Positions 51,218 to 54,973 of a stretch of 54,973 nucleotides of DNA are shown piece by piece (position 1 is the first letter of the stretch; each line of letters begins with the position of its first letter). The DNA is from Candidatus Eiseniibacteriota bacterium. GTDB lineage: Bacteria > Eisenbacteria > RBG-16-71-46. The notes under the pieces are model-generated. The model was not told the DNA's origin. It saw nothing but the letters and a program-made list of their open reading frames with translations, and searched no databases. The DNA is taken from contig JBGPFC010000028.1 in NCBI GenBank assembly GCA_041483195.1, forward strand, positions 1-54,973, in the 5' to 3' direction. The position numbers and the translations under genes are program-made.

Positions 51218-53599
51218 TTGAAGCCATCCGTCATCCGCCGTTCATGCCGTGCCGTGCTGGTGCTGCTGATCGCGTGCCTCGCGCCGGCTCCGGCGCGGGC
51301 GATCCTCGATAACCGCGACCGCGGACCGAGTCTCACGGCAGGCAATTTCAACCTGAGGATCACCAACGCCGGCATCATCGGGAACGCGTTCCTCGACGCC
51401 GGCTATTCGAACGACCCCTCGTTCGAGATGCCGCCGGGCTCTGGGCACGAGGCGCTGAACTACGCTGCGCTGTGGGTGGGGGCGCTCGACGACTTCGGCG
51501 TGCCGTCGGTTTCGGGCGGGCCGCTGCTCGAGTTCCGGCCGACGCTGGCCGACGAGGATCACGTGCGCGTCGCCGATCGGGGCCGGCTGGGATGCCAGCG
51601 TTTCGTGGACGACGACGGCGACGGCCGGGTGGACGAGGAGCTGTTGAACGGCGTGGACGACGACGGCGACGGCGAGATCGACGAGGACCTCGGGATGTTC
51701 TCGCAGCAGATGGCGAGCGCGGATTACGTGGACGATCGCCCGGAGGCGATCGCGTTCGGCTACGCAACGGGCGAGCAGCACCGGCCGCTCGGGATCTCGG
51801 TGCACCAGGAGGCGTACGCGTGGGCGATGCCCGGCTACGACGGGATCGCGGGGCTCAAGTTCACGATCACCAACCACGGCGATCGCACGCTGCACCAGCT
51901 GTACATCGGCGTCTATGCCGATCTCGATTCGCGGAACGTCAACGACCGCGCCGGGCACCTGAACGATCGCGTGGTGCGCGTCGGGTTCACACGCACCGTG
52001 TTCGAGGGAACGTCGTTCGTCAAGGTCAACGGAATCTACCCGCACAATTGCCCGCCGTGCACGCCGCTCCAGTGCAACACGACGCTGCGGCAGACGCTGC
52101 CCGCGGTGGTGGACGGGAAGCCAAACTCCGGCCTGCCGATGGTCACGGTGCTGCCGCTCGATCACACCACCGATCCGCTCGCGCTGCTGGAGCCGTTCGC
52201 GGCGCACGAGGCGGCGCGCGCGCCGGGTCGCGTCTCGTTCCGCTCGTCCGTGTTCGCGAACGGGCGGCTCGCAGGAAGGGGTGGGCCCCCGGCGGTGGAC
52301 GCGGACCGCTACTCCGCGCTCGCCGGCAGCTTCCCCAGCGCGAGCGAGGATCGGGAGGACGACTACGTGGTGCTGGTCTCGTGCGGCCCGTTCAAGACGC
52401 TCGCGCCGGGGCAGTCCGTCGACTTCGTGGCCGCGCTGATCGCGGCCACGAGCCTCGACAGCCTGCGGAACGCGATGGCAAGCGCCGCGCTGATGTACAA
52501 GGGGGAGAAAGTGAACCTGCTGCCCGACAGCCTCGGCCCCAACAAGGACGAGTGGTACGTCGGCGAGACCGGGGTCAACGGCCACGAGATCTGCCTCGAG
52601 CCGCCGCCGGGCGTGTCGTTCGTGCTCGACCCGCACTGCCCTGAGAAGTTTCCGCCCGACGTCGGGGCAGCCGAATTCCCGACCCTGTACACGCACGGCC
52701 ACTGCATCTGGACCGATGCCGACTGCAACGAGTGCACGGGGCTCAACGGCTTCGAGACCGTCCGGCACTGGCTCGATCCCGGCGAATTGCCGCCCGCGCC
52801 CAGCTCGCGCCTCACGGCGCTCGACCACGCGGCGCGCATCGAGTGGGACAACATGCCGGAGATCCTGTTCAACGCGGGTATCACGCTGCCGATCAACGCC
52901 TCCGAGTCGCGCTTCCTCGGCTACCATCTGTGGAAGATGCAGGACTGGAGAGAGCGGGAATCGCTGCTGCCCGAGCGCTCGCGCTGGGCGCTGATCGGCA
53001 ACTACAGCCACGACACCGCGAACGGCGAGACTCCCATCGATTCGATCGTGAACAACAGCCTCGACTACCTCCGCATTCTGTACGAGCAGCCGCAGTATCC
53101 GGTGGGGCGCTACGCGGTCACCGACCCGGACGCGCAGGACGGGTTCGATTACCTCTACTACGTGACGTCGGTGTATGAAATCCGGCAGCGCGAGTCGAAC
53201 GGCTATCTTCGGATCAACCGGATCGAGAGCGCGATCGATCCAGACTTCGCGCTCAAGGTGGTGCCGCACGCGGCGGCGCGAGCCGACGCGAAGAGCGTGT
53301 GGGTGGTGCCGAACCCGTTCAAGGCGCGCGCCGACTGGGACCGTCCGCGCACGCTCGGGGATCAGCTCACGCGCCACCTGGACTTCATGGGGCTGCCGCG
53401 CGCGGCGTGCTCCATCAAGATCTGGACGGTGGCGGGGGACTTCGTGGTGCAGCTGGAGCACGACGGGCGGAACGGGGACGGCGAGGCGGCGTGGGATCTG
53501 GTGTCGCGGAACGGGCAGGAGGTGGAGTCGGGGATCTACCTGTTCACGGTGGACTCCGCGCTCGGGCACCAGGTCGGGCGCTTCGTGGTGATCCGATGA
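51218..53599 (+). CDS. Large secreted protein with Asp-rich Ca-binding-like repeats and T9SS-like C-terminal domain
   Basis: Signal peptide ending APARA; DDDGDGRVDE...DDDGDGEIDED; C-terminal VVPNPF...IWTVAGDFV...WDL.SRNGQEVESGIYLF; start approximate. Confidence 0.78.
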   Translation: MKPSVIRRSCRAVLVLLIACLAPAPARAILDNRDRGPSLTAGNFNLRITNAGIIGNAFLDAGYSNDPSFEMPPGSGHEALNYAALWVGALDDFGVPSVSGGPLLEFRPTLADEDHVRVADRGRLGCQRFVDDDGDGRVDEELLNGVDDDGDGEIDEDLGMFSQQMASADYVDDRPEAIAFGYATGEQHRPLGISVHQEAYAWAMPGYDGIAGLKFTITNHGDRTLHQLYIGVYADLDSRNVNDRAGHLNDRVVRVGFTRTVFEGTSFVKVNGIYPHNCPPCTPLQCNTTLRQTLPAVVDGKPNSGLPMVTVLPLDHTTDPLALLEPFAAHEAARAPGRVSFRSSVFANGRLAGRGGPPAVDADRYSALAGSFPSASEDREDDYVVLVSCGPFKTLAPGQSVDFVAALIAATSLDSLRNAMASAALMYKGEKVNLLPDSLGPNKDEWYVGETGVNGHEICLEPPPGVSFVLDPHCPEKFPPDVGAAEFPTLYTHGHCIWTDADCNECTGLNGFETVRHWLDPGELPPAPSSRLTALDHAARIEWDNMPEILFNAGITLPINASESRFLGYHLWKMQDWRERESLLPERSRWALIGNYSHDTANGETPIDSIVNNSLDYLRILYEQPQYPVGRYAVTDPDAQDGFDYLYYVTSVYEIRQRESNGYLRINRIESAIDPDFALKVVPHAAARADAKSVWVVPNPFKARADWDRPRTLGDQLTRHLDFMGLPRAACSIKIWTVAGDFVVQLEHDGRNGDGEAAWDLVSRNGQEVESGIYLFTVDSALGHQVGRFVVIR

Positions 53600-54837
53600 G
53601 ATCGGCGCGCGGATGGGCGATCGGCGCGGTGGGGTGCGCGGCGCTGGCGATCGCGCTGGTGCCGGGCTGCGGGAACAAGGCCAAGTCGCCGACGGGGGTG
53701 GTCGGGAGGCTCGCGCCGAAGGTCGAGGCGGCATTCCCGGCGCCGCGCAGCGCGGGGGTGATGTACGACACGGCGATCTGGGTGCAGTTCGCGGAGCCGC
53801 TCGACCCGGCGACCATCGACGAGCGCACCGTGTTCCTCAAGCTCGACACGATCCGGCAGCCGGTCACCCTCGCCTACGACTCGCTCACGCGCCGCATCCG
53901 GCTCCAGCCGCGGGTGGTGCTTCAGCTTCGGCGCACCTACACGATCGAGATCACGCCGAGCGTCAAGACCGAGTCGGGGGGCGCGCTCGATCAGACGTAT
54001 TTCTGGCAGTTCGGCACGAACAGCCTCAGGCGGCCGTTCCCGGCCGCGCCGGATTCCGGGGCGACCTTCGAGTCTCCGTACGTGCAGCTCCGATGGGCCG
54101 CCACCGAGACCTCGGCGGGGACCATCGCGTACGACGTGTACGCCGGCCCGGACTCGGCGGCGGTCGCGAATCGCGGCGTTCCGATCCGCTCTCGCGCGGC
54201 GCAGGACCATCACATTCCGGATTCGCGCTGGGCGCTCGGCTCGCGATTCTACTGGGCAATCACGGCGGTCAACACGACGACCGGCGAGCGGCTCGCGGGG
54301 CCGGTCTGGAGGTTCACGACGCTCCCCTCGGGCACGCCGATCGACAGCCTGGTGGTGGGAGGCGTGGACTGGGGCTACTACTGCCCGGCGTGCAGCAATC
54401 ACCTGGTGTGCAACGCCGTTCAATTCGCGGCCGGGCCGAGCTACACCAACGGACTGCATTTCCGCCTGCACGAGGCCGCCGGGAGCCTCAAGCTGGCGGG
54501 CGCGCGGCTCCGGCTCAACACCTCCTCGTTCGGCGATCTGTCCGGATACCAGGCCGCGGTCTACCCGGCGCTCGAACCGTGGCTGCCGTGCAGCTACACC
54601 GTGGTCACGCCGCGCGTGGACCGCGTGGACCTCGCGTTTGCCGTGCAGGAGCCGGGGACGCAGATCCTGCGCTTCGAGTCGGACCATTTCACCGCCCATC
54701 TCGAGGCGGTCGCGCGTACCGGAAACGTCTACGGCTATTCGATCCGGACCTCGAACAACCTCGGCATCTCGAGCCCGGCGACCGGGACCGACGCCACCCG
54801 TCCGGGACTGATGGTTTATTACTACCGGCTGCCCTAG
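53596..54837 (+). CDS. Lipoprotein with Big_5 (SbsA-type) Ig-like domain
   Basis: ATGA overlap; lipobox LVPGC; P....V......I.V.F.EPLDP.T...L....YTI...Y.W.F.T Ig motif. Confidence 0.8.
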   Translation: MRSARGWAIGAVGCAALAIALVPGCGNKAKSPTGVVGRLAPKVEAAFPAPRSAGVMYDTAIWVQFAEPLDPATIDERTVFLKLDTIRQPVTLAYDSLTRRIRLQPRVVLQLRRTYTIEITPSVKTESGGALDQTYFWQFGTNSLRRPFPAAPDSGATFESPYVQLRWAATETSAGTIAYDVYAGPDSAAVANRGVPIRSRAAQDHHIPDSRWALGSRFYWAITAVNTTTGERLAGPVWRFTTLPSGTPIDSLVVGGVDWGYYCPACSNHLVCNAVQFAAGPSYTNGLHFRLHEAAGSLKLAGARLRLNTSSFGDLSGYQAAVYPALEPWLPCSYTVVTPRVDRVDLAFAVQEPGTQILRFESDHFTAHLEAVARTGNVYGYSIRTSNNLGISSPATGTDATRPGLMVYYYRLP

Positions 54838-54973
54838 CCCGGATTATTCACAAGAAGTGAGGAACACGAAGACCTCCGTGTGGTAGAAAGCGGTTGTCGA
54901 CGCCACTCTCTTCCACGGACGGAGGTCTTCGCGTGTCGCACTCTACCACGACACCCTGTGTACTGTTCCCGGA
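54838..54973 (+). mobile_element. Left end of an IS1380-like insertion sequence (truncated by window end)
   Basis: Begins CCCGGATTATTCAC directly after the TAG stop. GGAGG (54921-54925) precedes GTG 54933, which opens MSHSTTTPCVLFP, resembling IS1380-family transposase N-termini. A long inverted repeat covers the RBS. Confidence 0.6.

Overview
A high-GC chromosomal segment from a diderm bacterium. The many FlgD-Ig/T9SS-like C-terminal tags and an 'SWGxLKxxYR' tail suggest Candidatus Eisenbacteria or a related FCB-adjacent lineage (inference). It holds about 39 real CDS; the many long antisense and off-frame ORFs are GC artefacts. Housekeeping content includes four dispersed futalosine-pathway menaquinone genes (mqnE, mqnA, mqnC, mqnD), recQ, hflX, trxA, nnr, an M24 peptidase, a rhomboid protease, HAD, SDR, NRDE and a MarR + MhqD-like pair. 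At least seven secreted proteins carry C-terminal sorting-type domains, including two tandem glucose/sorbosone-dehydrogenase-PKD-CARDB paralogs and an 8-repeat beta-propeller. A lower-GC islet (~14.3-19.9 kb) starts at a tRNA-Leu-like 3' remnant and carries a stand-alone OLD-family ATPase/TOPRIM gene with a near-consensus promoter. An SPL-like radical SAM gene has an operator matching the Fibrobacter-type LexA box. Several genes appear leaderless. The window ends in the left end of an IS1380-like element with an RBS-sequestering hairpin. No rRNA, intact tRNA or CRISPR array was seen.
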